This document shows, one piece after another, positions 1 to 10,460 of a DNA stretch of 64,000 bases (the first letter of the stretch is position 1; the number at the start of each line of letters is the position of its first letter). Origin of the DNA: Candidatus Parcubacteria bacterium (GTDB lineage Bacteria > Patescibacteriota > Minisyncoccia > Phycocordibacterales > Zambryskibacteraceae); the NCBI GenBank assembly GCA_019658995.1, contig JAIFWN010000005.1:22588-86587 (forward strand), given 5' to 3'. A program made the position numbers and the translations under genes. Below the pieces are notes generated by a model. That model was given only the letters and a program-made list of their open reading frames with translations, had not been told where the DNA came from and made no database searches.

Positions 1-543
1 ATAATGGCCCGCCCTGTAATCTTCCAGATCCTTGCGTGTGAACTTTTTTACATTTTCAGCCGGGCCGGTAATGAAGCGTCCGGCCGGAGCATCCCCGTAC
101 ATGAGCTCCAGGAAGAGCCTGCCCACCTTGTGCTGCGGCATGTCCTCGTACATCAGAATCTCCTGGATTATCACTCCGCGCTCTTTTTCCATCTCTTCTT
201 CGGAGAGCGTCGGATTCAGGTACATATCGGCGAGAATATCCAGAAGCTTTTTGAAATGCCTGCTCTCGCCCTTGGCCCAGAAGCCGGTGAACTCATTGGC
301 GGTGAAAGCATTGTGTTCGGCTCCGAGCTCATCCATCTCGCGTGATATATCCAGAGTATTCGGCCTTCGTTTAGTGCCCTTGAAAACCATATGCTCCAGA
401 AAATGCGAAAGTCCGCTCTGCTCTTTTGTTTCGTAATTACTGCCGCTTTCAACGAGGATCATAACCGTCACTGCCGGGTTGCCCTCAGTCGGCACCGTTA
501 CGACACGCAGGCCGTTGGGGAGTGTAGTCTTCTTAAACTTCAT
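1..543 (-). CDS. M16-family zinc peptidase (pitrilysin-like), N-terminal part; gene runs past the window start
   Basis: Minus strand translated by hand from the ATG at 543-541: MKFKKTTLPNGLRVVTVPTEG...SGLSHFLEHMVFKGTKRRP. This contains the inverted zinc motif HxxEH typical of M16 peptidases. It is missing from the ORF track because there is no stop codon inside the window. Confidence 0.7.
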   Translation of the reverse strand, partial: MKFKKTTLPNGLRVVTVPTEGNPAVTVMILVESGSNYETKEQSGLSHFLEHMVFKGTKRRPNTLDISREMDELGAEHNAFTANEFTGFWAKGESRHFKKLLDILADMYLNPTLSEEEMEKERGVIIQEILMYEDMPQHKVGRLFLELMYGDAPAGRFITGPAENVKKFTRKDLEDYRAGHY

Positions 544-561
544 AGAATAGTTAAGACTATC

Positions 562-2055
562 CTATCCTATGGCTTCTTTCAAATCTTTAATATTTACCCT
601 TTTTTGCTCTCCCGAGTCGCGGTCGCGCACGGTAACGGTATCGTCTATGAGAGTATCAAAATCTACGGTTATACAAAATGGCGTGCCTATTTCGTCCTGC
701 CTTCTGTAGCGCTTGCCTATGTTGCCATTGTCATCGAACATCGCTGACGGAAATTCTTTCTTGAGCATTTTATAAACCTCTCTCGCCTTGTCCACCAGTT
801 CCGGCTTGTTTTTAAGTAGCGGGAAAACGGCCGCGCGTATTGGCGCGATTTCCCTGGGCAATTTGAGATACACACGCGATTCGCCGCCGAGTTCATCCTC
901 GGTATAAGCAGACAGCAGAACCGCGAGCACTGTACGGTCAACACCGAGAGATGGCTCGATGACATGCGGGGTGAATCGTTCGCCAGTCTCTTCGTCGAGA
1001 TAGTTCAGATCTACTCCGCTCGCCGCGCTATGTGCCTTAAGGTCGTAATCGGTGCGATAGGCCAAGCCCCACAATTCTTTTTGGCCGAACGGATACTCGA
1101 ATTCAAAATCTATGGTGCGCATGGAGTAATGGGCTCGATCATTCTCAGGCACTTCAAGCTCGTGAGCCTTGATACCCAAGATCTTGGCAAAATCGTGCAT
1201 CTTCTCCCTCCATTCTTCAAAGTATTTCTCCCAGTCGTCTTTCTTTATGAAATATTCTACCTCCATTTGCTCCATCTCCCGAACTCTAAAAATAAAGTCC
1301 CTTGGTGAAATTTCATTCCTAAATGCTTTTCCTATCTGAGCTATACCAAAAGGAATCTTTGGATGAAATGAGTCTATGACGTTTTTGAAATTCACAAAGA
1401 TTCCCTGAGCTGTCTCCGGTCTAAGGTAGGAAATTGATGAGTCGTTATCAATAGCTCCAATCTGTGTCTTAAACATCATATTAAATTGTCTAGGCATACC
1501 CCAATCAATCTTTCCACAATTAGGGCATGCTATATGGTTCTCTTCCAATGCGACTTTCAAAACAACACCGACACCCCTCTTGTATTCGTCGACTTTTTTG
1601 TCATACTCTCTCCTAGTTAAATCTAAACCCTGACCTGGATAAGTTTCTTTTAAATGGGGGTTGGTATTTTCAACTTCATCCTTAGTTCTTTTTACTATTT
1701 TGGTTGCTAAATCGGGATCATGAAGTCTACCCATGACCGTATCGTAAATATTCTTAGGCAGAATATGATCAGTGCGGAAACGATTGTGGCATTTCTCACA
1801 CTCAACAAGAGGATCACTAAAGCCTTCCACATGACCTGATGCCTCCCAGACTCTCGGGTTCATGATGATGGCCGAGTCGAGGCCATACATATCATCGCGC
1901 TCGTCGCGGAAGGTTTTGAGCCAGAGGGCTTTGATATTCTCCTTAAGCAATACTCCCAGCGGTCCGTAGTCCCAGGTTCCGGCGAGGCCGCCATAAATCT
2001 CAGATCCCTGGTATATAAAGCCGCGGCGCTTGGCGAGAGAGATTAGTTTGTCCAT
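562..2055 (-). CDS. glyQS: glycine--tRNA ligase (dimeric class II GlyRS)
   Basis: The 497 aa ORF starts MDKLISLAKRRGFIYQGSEIYGGLAGTWDYGPLGV, the conserved GlyRS N-terminus, and has the full class II catalytic core plus an anticodon-binding C-terminus. Confidence 0.92.
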   Translation of the reverse strand: MDKLISLAKRRGFIYQGSEIYGGLAGTWDYGPLGVLLKENIKALWLKTFRDERDDMYGLDSAIIMNPRVWEASGHVEGFSDPLVECEKCHNRFRTDHILPKNIYDTVMGRLHDPDLATKIVKRTKDEVENTNPHLKETYPGQGLDLTRREYDKKVDEYKRGVGVVLKVALEENHIACPNCGKIDWGMPRQFNMMFKTQIGAIDNDSSISYLRPETAQGIFVNFKNVIDSFHPKIPFGIAQIGKAFRNEISPRDFIFRVREMEQMEVEYFIKKDDWEKYFEEWREKMHDFAKILGIKAHELEVPENDRAHYSMRTIDFEFEYPFGQKELWGLAYRTDYDLKAHSAASGVDLNYLDEETGERFTPHVIEPSLGVDRTVLAVLLSAYTEDELGGESRVYLKLPREIAPIRAAVFPLLKNKPELVDKAREVYKMLKKEFPSAMFDDNGNIGKRYRRQDEIGTPFCITVDFDTLIDDTVTVRDRDSGEQKRVNIKDLKEAIG

Positions 2056-2061
2056 TCCGTA

Positions 2062-3993
2062 CTACTTTACAACAGTTTCGTCGCCCTGGACATAGCGGGG
2101 GTCAGAGGAAATCCGGGTAGTAACGGCCTGATTGGTTAATCTCACAGTGTTGTGGGTAAAGGTGTCCGTACCAGTAAATACGATACTCCCGAGCAATATC
2201 GGCACCGCTCCGACCTGGCCCAGAGATGGCGTAAGTGAGAGCTTGATGAAAGCTTCTTTACCCGGAGTGGAGAAGCCTGCCCCGGAAGGCAGTGTGCCGA
2301 CGTTCCAGGTAACTGTCCTGGTGCTGTCGTCATAGACCACCTCGGCGCCGGAGGGACTGGTCTGTCCGGTCCACTTTACATTGGCTCCGAGCGTTCCGGT
2401 AACCTTGGCGTCGGTTATATCATTCTGGGTATTGCCGAGGATAAGGTCGACGGTGTATGTAGTTTCTTTCTCGGCCTTGGGCGGTATGAGTCCGGTGTTG
2501 GTAAACGGTCCGCGAGAGTAAAGCGACTTGGATGTCAGAGCCACCTCGGAAGCGATTTTGACCGAGCGTAATTCCGAAAGAGTAATACTCGAGCCTGAGT
2601 CCTGAGGCCTACCCGTGAGACTGGCGGAGATATCGATTTTCTGGTTTGAGGATCCTGCGGGCAGATTGGCAAGCGAGGAGAAGCTGAAGGATACGGTCTT
2701 GGTGTCTCCCGGTGAAATGGTGGAAAAATTATCGGAGTTCGATTGATTCCAAAATATGGAATTGCTCGACGAATTATAGAACCCTCCGTTTTGCGCCGTG
2801 ACTGAGCCGCGATCGAGGGCTGCGCCTGAGAGCTTAACTTCTAATTGCGGATTCTGAAAATTAGCTGACATATTGTTTTTGAAGCTGACTACGGCCTGGA
2901 TCTGCTTTCCGGCCGGAGCCGAGTAAGTGTCGCCCGAGTCGCCATTGAGCTTCATGCTGAGATCGATCGACGGACGTCTGATGGCAACAACTACCGACTC
3001 CTGCGAGAGCACGGTGTCGAGACTTATACCTCCGCCCTTGCCCACTCCGACAAAAAAGCGGAAGGTCCGCTCGTCGTTGTCTTCACCCGTTATCATGCCG
3101 TTTAAGGTGATGACTTTCCTGTCTCCCGGAGAGAGATCGCCCAAGGGCCAGGCGTTTTTACCATCGCCGACAGCAGGAGGAGAGGCACTCTTAAGACTCC
3201 AGCCGTATGGATACTCGGCACGCAAGACCACATCCTTCAAAATTTCTTCCGAGTTGGCTACGACGGACACTATGGCTGTAAATTGTTCTCCGGAGGTTAC
3301 GCTGTCCGGCCTGGTCACAGATATGGATACCGGGGCCGAGCCTATAGTCAGTTCGAATACTTTTTCCTTGGTGAAAATGGCATTCGATCCCTTGACCCTG
3401 TAGTCTACCGAGACTCGTACGTTCTTCTGCTCGCCTTCCGAGCCGAAGAATACCGCTTTCTCTGTCCTGGTAACTTTGTCTCCGGCTCCGAGAGCTTCGA
3501 GAACTTCCTTGGTGAAGGTTAGAGACTTGGTAGTATCCTCCGCGCTTCGGGTGCCTTCCGGATATATGACCTTCAGGTTGACGGTATCAAGCGGGGCATT
3601 GTTTTTATTGGTGATTGTTACCTGCAGTTCGACAGGACTGCCTGCCGAGACGGTGACGGGGCCCTCGACATCAATGTCGAGGTTTTTGGTCGAGATAAAA
3701 TTGTCACCTTTGAAGTATATGAGCGCCGCCGCCAGAGCTGCACAGATGCAGAAAAGCAATGCCACAACAAATATCTTTCTCATGAGAGGATACTGCTCGG
3801 GAGCGCGCCTGTCGGCCATAAGAAGGTCATCTACCGGCGGTGACTGCCACCCCGATGGGGCTGTCTCGCCGCTTGCCGGCGTTATGGATTCACGCTCGTC
3901 GGCTGGAGCCTGGTAACGCGTCCGGGAGTAGAGTTTTTCCGAGAGTCTTTCTATTTTGCTGCGGAGATTATTGTTGGGCTTGTTTTCAGACAT
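2062..3993 (-). CDS. membrane-anchored protein with a large extracytoplasmic beta-rich repeat region (CARDB/Ig-like); function unknown
   Basis: 643 aa. It has a short cytoplasmic N-terminus, one TM helix (IFVVALLFCICAALAAALIYF), then repeated Thr/Ser/Val-rich segments predicted as beta-strand. Confidence 0.5.
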   Translation of the reverse strand: MSENKPNNNLRSKIERLSEKLYSRTRYQAPADERESITPASGETAPSGWQSPPVDDLLMADRRAPEQYPLMRKIFVVALLFCICAALAAALIYFKGDNFISTKNLDIDVEGPVTVSAGSPVELQVTITNKNNAPLDTVNLKVIYPEGTRSAEDTTKSLTFTKEVLEALGAGDKVTRTEKAVFFGSEGEQKNVRVSVDYRVKGSNAIFTKEKVFELTIGSAPVSISVTRPDSVTSGEQFTAIVSVVANSEEILKDVVLRAEYPYGWSLKSASPPAVGDGKNAWPLGDLSPGDRKVITLNGMITGEDNDERTFRFFVGVGKGGGISLDTVLSQESVVVAIRRPSIDLSMKLNGDSGDTYSAPAGKQIQAVVSFKNNMSANFQNPQLEVKLSGAALDRGSVTAQNGGFYNSSSNSIFWNQSNSDNFSTISPGDTKTVSFSFSSLANLPAGSSNQKIDISASLTGRPQDSGSSITLSELRSVKIASEVALTSKSLYSRGPFTNTGLIPPKAEKETTYTVDLILGNTQNDITDAKVTGTLGANVKWTGQTSPSGAEVVYDDSTRTVTWNVGTLPSGAGFSTPGKEAFIKLSLTPSLGQVGAVPILLGSIVFTGTDTFTHNTVRLTNQAVTTRISSDPRYVQGDETVVK

Positions 3994-4000
3994 TTTCTAA

Positions 4001-4567
4001 TTATACATTATAGAGTCCGCTTGAGCGGATTCCGCGGTTGACGAGTTCGAGGAGTACGCGCCTCTTCTCTCGTGTCTCGAGCAAATTCGCCGGCAACGAC
4101 TCCCCCGAGAGATATCCGAGAGAGTTGAGCACACGTGCGACCGTAAGAAGTTCCCATGCATCCTCATCTTCGTCCCCGACATCATCGACAAGAAGTATTA
4201 TCGCCCTCTCAAGGCTGTCGAAAAGTTCTTGATGCTTCTCTTCGCCGGAAACAAGTTTTCCGGTAAGGGCAAGCACTCTGCCAAGGGCTTCTACGGCGGC
4301 CTTTCTGCCCCGGAGCTCTCCATAGACATCCCTCACGAGGGTTACCGTGGTGATACGCCAGGAATGCCTGCCGCGTACAAGCGAGACCCTTACCAGGGCA
4401 AACTCCAAAAGCGAGTTTGAGAGTTTGGACGTCGGCTTGCGCGCCCCGCGGGCAATCCCGTGTACGAGACCAAGGTCACCGGTAAGTATCACCGCTACCC
4501 TATCGGCTTCGCGGGCCGGCCGTAGATATAGGACAATACCCCTCGTTGTGTAGACGTGATGAGACAT
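4001..4567 (-). CDS. recO: RecO-like recombination mediator (short form)
   Basis: The N-terminus TRGIVLYLRPAREADRVAVILTGDLGLVHGIARGARK matches the RecO OB-fold consensus (GIVL..R.yGE.D.i...lT...G). At 188 aa it is shorter than the usual ~240 aa and has no zinc finger. Confidence 0.5.
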   Translation of the reverse strand: MSHHVYTTRGIVLYLRPAREADRVAVILTGDLGLVHGIARGARKPTSKLSNSLLEFALVRVSLVRGRHSWRITTVTLVRDVYGELRGRKAAVEALGRVLALTGKLVSGEEKHQELFDSLERAIILLVDDVGDEDEDAWELLTVARVLNSLGYLSGESLPANLLETREKRRVLLELVNRGIRSSGLYNV

Positions 4568-7500
4568 TACTTGATTACGAGAGCAGTATTGGTAGCGCTT
4601 TCTATTTCCTTCTTGTGTTTTTCGTAAAATTCGCGCTCTTCCCCCGGGACCTCAAATTCCATCCTGTCAGAGGGTCTCAAGTTTTTCTGCTTTCGTATTT
4701 CCTGGATGTTCCTGATTACTTCGCGGACCCTTCCTTCTTCCTCCAGTTCTGGCGTTATATTGGTATCGATAGCAATTTCATCTTCGAGTTTTTTATTTTC
4801 AATCACTTCTTTTACGTTGACTTCGTCCTTGATCAGTTCCAAATATTCCTTGCCGAGCTTAAGATCCTTAACCTCCAATCTCGAGAGTGGCTGGCGGATT
4901 TTGAGGTTGGACTTCGAACGTGCTTCGAGCGTGAGCGAAACGATCTTGCGTACCTGATCCATGGCCTGCATGACTTCGGATTTTTTTGACGCGTCGGAGC
5001 CCAGCCAGGCTGGGTAAAGCGCAAAAAAAGACGAGGTTGTGCGAGGCCAACTTTCAAGATGCACACTCTCCGGATCACTTGTTATTCTCAGCTTCTGATA
5101 AAGCTCATCTGCTGCAAATGGTGCGAATGGCGCAAGGAGCTTGGAAACTGTTTTTAAAACGTAGTATAGAGTCTTCTTGGCATCCGCATTTCCATCCTTC
5201 AGTCTGTCGCGCGAGCGGCGCAGATACCAGGTCGAGAGGTCGTTTATAAATTCCCTCAGTCCTCGTACCGGTTCAAGAAGCCTGTAATTATCGATGTTCT
5301 GTGTCATATCTCCAATCAATACGGAGAGTTTCGAGAGTATCCACTTATCTAAAACATGCTTCGATCCCGGATAATCATTATTCTCAAGTTTTTTATCTCT
5401 ATAGAGTTCGTAAAATGCGTAGACATTGTCGAGAAGATTGAAGATGCGCTTATTGACCTCATCTACCGTCCTCTCGTCGAAGTTCTTGCTCTCTCCGGGC
5501 TGATTGACCGAGTACATCCAGAGACGGAGCGTATCGACTCCGTACTTTTCTATCGCCGAGAACGGCTCGATGATGTTTCCGACCGACTTACTCATCTTTC
5601 TACCTTCTGTATCTAAGATATGCCCGAGGCAGATCGCATTACTGAAAGCTCTGCCTCTCTCCATGAGTGTTCCCACGGCATGAAGGGTGTAGAACCAGCC
5701 GCGTGTCTGGTCTATGGCTTCGGAAATATAATCAGCCGGATACGCTATTTTTCCGGTCCGCCAGCTGGCGGACTGCGCAAAAGGCATTGAGCCCGAGTCA
5801 AGCCACACATCCATAACCTCTTTGGCTCGCTTGTATTCCTTGCCATCCTTTTCCAAGATAACTTCATCTATATATGGCTTGTGCAGGTCAAGTTCATAGT
5901 TTTCATTACGAGGAAAGGGTGTAAATGGCAGTTCGCGCACCTCAGCTGTCTGAAGCATGTTCTTCCTGTTGAAGCCTTCGCTTGAATGCCACTCGGCTAT
6001 CTGCTCCATGACCCATATAGGGTTGCCATGTGAGATTATAAGAATGTTTTTTCCACTGTGCGAACGCTCAAGATCAAATAGGAAATCACCAATGCGTTCT
6101 CGGACCAACTTCTGATCACTTTCGTTAAATTCATGGAGTCGGTCATCAATGATAACTGCCTCAACCGGCAAGGCGAGATACGCCCTTATAGCTTCTGCAG
6201 TTTCGCGAGTACGGATGAACGGCGAGGCGAAGACCAGATCAATCTTTGCGCTTTTGAGACTTAGAGCAGTGGCCTGTATCTCCTGCCTGCCCCTCTCAGT
6301 CAAATGATTATTAGGATCACCCTTAGGGTCAAGGACATTCTTAGCATTATCCACTGCCTCACCATGACGCATTACGAAGTATTTATTGCCGCTCTTTTTG
6401 ACATACCTCTTGAGTGTCTCGAGTGAGTCAACCACAATACTTTCTCCGCTAGTGGAGAGCCATACCGGCAAGGGTGTGCCCCAATAGCGCTCGCGCGAGA
6501 TGGCCCAATCCTTCACTTCCCTTAGCCATTCGCCGAAGCGGCCTTCCTTGATGTGCTCCGGCTCCCAGTTAATTTTCTCGTTTTCCTTTACCAGCTCGTC
6601 GCGCAGGGAAGACATGCGGATGTACCATGAATCTCGGGCATAATATATGAGCCGCGTGCCGCATCTCCAGCAGAAGGGGTACGAGTGCTGATGACTTTCC
6701 TTCCTATAGAGCAGTCCACGACTCTGGAGATCCTTTAATATTTCCACCGCAGTCGACTCATCGATAACCGACATTCCGGTGAGAAACCCGATATTCTGCT
6801 TGAAGTGTCCGGTATCATCTACCAAATGATTCTTGGGTAGACCGATTTTAGTGCCAAGTTCAAAATCATCCTGCCCATACATAACAGCAGTATGCACAAT
6901 CCCAGTTCCTTCTTCGGTATTTACAAAATCAGCAGAGTATACTTTGAAAACTTTTTGATTTGCTTCTGCAAGGTATGCGTCTATATGGTGAAGGTGAAAA
7001 AGAGGTTCATATGCGAGTCCTACAAGATTACTTCCCTTGTGATAGCCGTAATCCAAAAACTTTCCGGTTTCTCCACCAATAAATATTGAACTTTCCCGAG
7101 GAAACGGAGTCTTGTCATCATCGAACCATTCTGGGATACCTCTAATTTCCAGTGCTAGGAAATTTTCTCCTGCAATATATGTTTCTCCTTTTTTGAAATT
7201 TTTAAAATCATTTAAAAATTTCACTCTTCTGTAATTTGTGTTTGGATTAACAGCTAGAGCTAAGTTACCTGGAAGTGTCCACGGAGTCGTAGTCCAGGCG
7301 AGAAGATAGGTATTTTCCTCACTCTTAATCTTGAACTTCACATAGAGCGAGATATCTTTAACATCTTGATAACCTTGTGCCAGCTCGTGTGAGGAGAGAG
7401 CTGTGCCGCAGCGCGGGCACCAGGGCACTACCTTGTAGTCTTTATATAAGAGGTTGCGCTTGTCGGTATGAGCGATCACCTCCCACACGGATTCGATGTA

Positions 7501-7848
7501 CGAGTTATTGAAAGTGTAATACGCGTCCTTCAAGTCCACCCAGTATCCTATGCGGTCTGTGAATTTCTCCCACTCTCCTATATATTCGAACACGCTCTCT
7601 TTGCATTCTTTGTTGAACTTCTCTATTCCATATGCCTCGATATCCTTTTTGGATTTGAAACCGAGCTTCTTCTCTATCTGGAGCTCTACAGGCAAGCCGT
7701 GCGTATCCCAGCCGGCTTTGCGGGGTACATGATATCCGCGCATAGTCTTGTACCGGGGTATGGCATCCTTAAAAGCCCGCGACTCCAGATGGTGAAGGGC
7801 CGGCTTCGCGTTGGCCGTCGGAGGACCTTCATATTTCCCCCTCCTCAC
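4567..7848 (-). CDS. ileS: isoleucine--tRNA ligase
   Basis: 1093 aa. It carries the HIGH region YEGPPTANAKPALHH, a KMSKS region (KMSKSVGN), the CP1 editing domain and C-terminal zinc-binding Cys pairs. The start codon is GTG (7848-7846), and only ~8 residues precede the GPP..H motif. Confidence 0.93.
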   Translation of the reverse strand: MRRGKYEGPPTANAKPALHHLESRAFKDAIPRYKTMRGYHVPRKAGWDTHGLPVELQIEKKLGFKSKKDIEAYGIEKFNKECKESVFEYIGEWEKFTDRIGYWVDLKDAYYTFNNSYIESVWEVIAHTDKRNLLYKDYKVVPWCPRCGTALSSHELAQGYQDVKDISLYVKFKIKSEENTYLLAWTTTPWTLPGNLALAVNPNTNYRRVKFLNDFKNFKKGETYIAGENFLALEIRGIPEWFDDDKTPFPRESSIFIGGETGKFLDYGYHKGSNLVGLAYEPLFHLHHIDAYLAEANQKVFKVYSADFVNTEEGTGIVHTAVMYGQDDFELGTKIGLPKNHLVDDTGHFKQNIGFLTGMSVIDESTAVEILKDLQSRGLLYRKESHQHSYPFCWRCGTRLIYYARDSWYIRMSSLRDELVKENEKINWEPEHIKEGRFGEWLREVKDWAISRERYWGTPLPVWLSTSGESIVVDSLETLKRYVKKSGNKYFVMRHGEAVDNAKNVLDPKGDPNNHLTERGRQEIQATALSLKSAKIDLVFASPFIRTRETAEAIRAYLALPVEAVIIDDRLHEFNESDQKLVRERIGDFLFDLERSHSGKNILIISHGNPIWVMEQIAEWHSSEGFNRKNMLQTAEVRELPFTPFPRNENYELDLHKPYIDEVILEKDGKEYKRAKEVMDVWLDSGSMPFAQSASWRTGKIAYPADYISEAIDQTRGWFYTLHAVGTLMERGRAFSNAICLGHILDTEGRKMSKSVGNIIEPFSAIEKYGVDTLRLWMYSVNQPGESKNFDERTVDEVNKRIFNLLDNVYAFYELYRDKKLENNDYPGSKHVLDKWILSKLSVLIGDMTQNIDNYRLLEPVRGLREFINDLSTWYLRRSRDRLKDGNADAKKTLYYVLKTVSKLLAPFAPFAADELYQKLRITSDPESVHLESWPRTTSSFFALYPAWLGSDASKKSEVMQAMDQVRKIVSLTLEARSKSNLKIRQPLSRLEVKDLKLGKEYLELIKDEVNVKEVIENKKLEDEIAIDTNITPELEEEGRVREVIRNIQEIRKQKNLRPSDRMEFEVPGEEREFYEKHKKEIESATNTALVIK

Positions 7849-7897
7849 GCTCCGATCTAGAAAGGCCTTTATCTTCAGCCATTGTGGGCCTATTTTA

Positions 7898-9550
7898 TCA
7901 CATTTTCTCCGGTGCGGGAATGCCGAGAACTGTCAGGCCGTTTTTGAGAACAATCTTCACTGCTTCGACTATTGCCAGGCGGTAGCCGGACTCTGGCGAG
8001 TCGCCGATCACTTGCTCGTGAGCATAGAAATTGTTGAAGGATCCGGCCAATTCAGTGAGGTATGTGGTTATGTGATGCGGGGCATATTCTGCTTGTGCTC
8101 GCTCGACGATCTCAGGGAATCTGTATAGAAGCCTTTCGACCTCGCGGATTTGTCCCTGTTCCCCTGTCACCTGACCCCTATTCCCTGCTTTTTCCAAAAG
8201 CGAGTTAGCGCGGGCGTGAGCATATTGGAGATACACGCCGGAGTCGCCCTCGGTTGAAACTGATTTGTCGATATCGAAAACAATATCGCCGCCGATGTTT
8301 GAGCGCAGGATCATATATTTGATAGCGCCGATAGCCACTTGCTCGTCATCCTTAACTTTGCCCTTGATATCTTCTATAAAACTTTCGGCTGATATAACCT
8401 CACCCGTGCGTGAGCTCATCTTGCCGCTCGGCAATTTCAAAACTCCATGCGAGAGATGCATCATCTTATTTCTCAATTCCGGATAAATCTGATTTACCGC
8501 TTCCAAGACCACACAGAAGTAGTCACTCTGCTCGTTAGCGGTAATAACTATAGATTCGTCGAGATCTTCAGTTTCGAATTTCTTTTTCGTCAGGCCAAGC
8601 TCCTTAGCCTCGTAGGTGGGCAAACCCTTGGAGTTTATAAAGACCCGGGTATGCAAGTGCGGATTATGTTTCTCCGCATGGAAAACTACCGCACCGTCAG
8701 ATTCTTCGAAAACCTTGCCGGTATTTTCTTCGACAATCTTCTTTCCTATTGGGGCAGTCTCTGATTCGAAGAAGTAATAGTCGAACTTGGTACCTAGTTT
8801 CCTATAAATATCTTCGAACTTATCCAGTGATTCCTTCCGCCCAACATCATAAAGCGCATTCAGCTCCTTATCTGATCGGTCGTAGAGTTTAGTATTTATT
8901 TCTTCTATCTCTTCCCTGGACTTTTCATTATCCTCATACGCCTTGGCACCGGCGACGTAGGGATTCCTTTCGCCATTTTTCATCCCCCACACCGCCTTGG
9001 CTACATGGATACCGACATCTCCCTGGTAATTAGCCCGCTTTACCTCTGCACCATTCCACTCAATGATGCGCGAGATAGCTTCGCCGATAGCGTTACTCAT
9101 TAGGTGTCCAATATGAAATTCCTTGAACGGGTTGGGATCGGTATATTCGACCATCACCTTTTCGCCCTTTAGACTTTCGCCTTTGCCGAATTTGTCTCCC
9201 TCTTTGATTATTTTATTAAGACTTCCTTTATAAAAATCTTTGGACAGATAGAAGTTTATGAACCCCGGCCCAACCATTTCGACCTTCTCGACCCCTTCCG
9301 GCTTATGATTATTGAGATATTCGAAGATTTGTTCTTTCTTGTCCCTGTATTTAATAGCGGCATTGGTCGAGTAATCTCCCATCTTTAGATCGGTCGGGTG
9401 CTCCACCACGAAGTCCGCTTGTGGGTCTCCCAGAGCTTCCCGAATCAGCCTTTCCAGAGTTGCTTTCACCCCCTCATGATACCCGATAGACAGGCCTCTG
9501 GAAATGAGTAGTATGGCAGGCAGAGGTAGTCCCTTTACAACACCAACCAA
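7898..9550 (-). CDS. argS: arginine--tRNA ligase
   Basis: 550 aa with the N-terminal Arg-tRNA-synthetase-N region (GDYSTNAA), a HIGH motif (HIGHLMSNAIGEA) and the DALR anticodon-binding C-terminus. The real start is probably the internal GTG near 9469 (VKATLERLIREAL). Otherwise it overlaps thyA, which runs divergently. Confidence 0.9.
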   Translation of the reverse strand: MVGVVKGLPLPAILLISRGLSIGYHEGVKATLERLIREALGDPQADFVVEHPTDLKMGDYSTNAAIKYRDKKEQIFEYLNNHKPEGVEKVEMVGPGFINFYLSKDFYKGSLNKIIKEGDKFGKGESLKGEKVMVEYTDPNPFKEFHIGHLMSNAIGEAISRIIEWNGAEVKRANYQGDVGIHVAKAVWGMKNGERNPYVAGAKAYEDNEKSREEIEEINTKLYDRSDKELNALYDVGRKESLDKFEDIYRKLGTKFDYYFFESETAPIGKKIVEENTGKVFEESDGAVVFHAEKHNPHLHTRVFINSKGLPTYEAKELGLTKKKFETEDLDESIVITANEQSDYFCVVLEAVNQIYPELRNKMMHLSHGVLKLPSGKMSSRTGEVISAESFIEDIKGKVKDDEQVAIGAIKYMILRSNIGGDIVFDIDKSVSTEGDSGVYLQYAHARANSLLEKAGNRGQVTGEQGQIREVERLLYRFPEIVERAQAEYAPHHITTYLTELAGSFNNFYAHEQVIGDSPESGYRLAIVEAVKIVLKNGLTVLGIPAPEKM

Positions 9551-10457
9551 GGAAAAAATGCGTCCCTACGCAGACAGGATCCCCGACACGCAGTATCGCG
9601 ACATCCTTAACCTCATCATGGCTGAGGGTGTTCGTACTCACAACAAGTATCAAACCAAGGACCGCATCACTCATCTCCGGACTCAGAACATGGAGTTTGA
9701 CCTCGCCAACGGTTTCCCGATCATTACCGATCGCGACATCGGCTCATTCTTCCGGAAGCCTATCGCCGAGGTCATCTGCTTCATGCACGGTGCTCGGACG
9801 CTTGATGATTTCAAGCGTATCGGCGGTAAGCACTGGCCGAACTGGTGGGCTCGCTGGGTCACACCGGAGAAGTGTGCCAATTTCGGCCTCGAACCAGGCG
9901 ATCTCGGTCCCGGCTCATATGGACCCGGCTTTGTTCGGGTTCAGCCCGATGGCAGCGTCTTCAATCAGTTCACCGAAATGGTGAAGCAGATGAGGGACAT
10001 GCCGTGGGTCACGACTCACCGAGTCACGCCGTGGATTCCGGAGCTGACGCTCCAGCACAAGGAACTTCAGCGTAAGGTTGTCGTAGCACCATGTCATGGC
10101 GATCTCCAGATCACCATCACCGGCGACACATTTACGCTTCGTATGGACCAGCGCTCTGGTGACGTGCCGATCGGTGTACCGTCGAACATGCTCCAGTGGG
10201 CGGCTTTCGCCCTCATGTTGGGGCAAGTTACCGGCTACAAGCCGGAATGGTATGTGCACTCGATCCATGATGCTCATATGTACAGCGACCAGGTCGAGCA
10301 CATGAAGGAGCTTGTGGAACGGGAACCCATTCCGTTTCCCACGCTCGTCATCAACGATCCGAGCATCAAGGATCTGCTCGAATTCCGACCGGAGCATTTC
10401 GATCTCGCGGACTACAATCCGCATCCAGCCATGAACGACATCCCCGTCACGGAGTAA
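9504..10457 (+). CDS. thyA: thymidylate synthase (ThyA family; divergent N-terminal phosphate-binding region)
   Basis: Catalytic motif VVAPCHGDLQI (PCH nucleophile), plus QRSGDVPIG (RSxD), SNM..A (N177 equivalent) and HDAHMYSDQ (H..Y). Likely start is MRPYADRIP near 9558. The usual DRTGTGT motif is replaced by KYQTKDRITHL. Confidence 0.85.
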   Translation: MSSMAGRGSPFTTPTKEKMRPYADRIPDTQYRDILNLIMAEGVRTHNKYQTKDRITHLRTQNMEFDLANGFPIITDRDIGSFFRKPIAEVICFMHGARTLDDFKRIGGKHWPNWWARWVTPEKCANFGLEPGDLGPGSYGPGFVRVQPDGSVFNQFTEMVKQMRDMPWVTTHRVTPWIPELTLQHKELQRKVVVAPCHGDLQITITGDTFTLRMDQRSGDVPIGVPSNMLQWAAFALMLGQVTGYKPEWYVHSIHDAHMYSDQVEHMKELVEREPIPFPTLVINDPSIKDLLEFRPEHFDLADYNPHPAMNDIPVTE

Positions 10458-10460
10458 CCG

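Noticed and set aside
964-1308. Plus-strand ORFs embedded in glyQS, ileS, argS, polA etc. (e.g. 964-1308, 4706-4957, 8447-8764, 36678-37334)
   Set aside because: Each lies antisense inside a well-supported long gene and has no motif. These are typical shadow ORFs.
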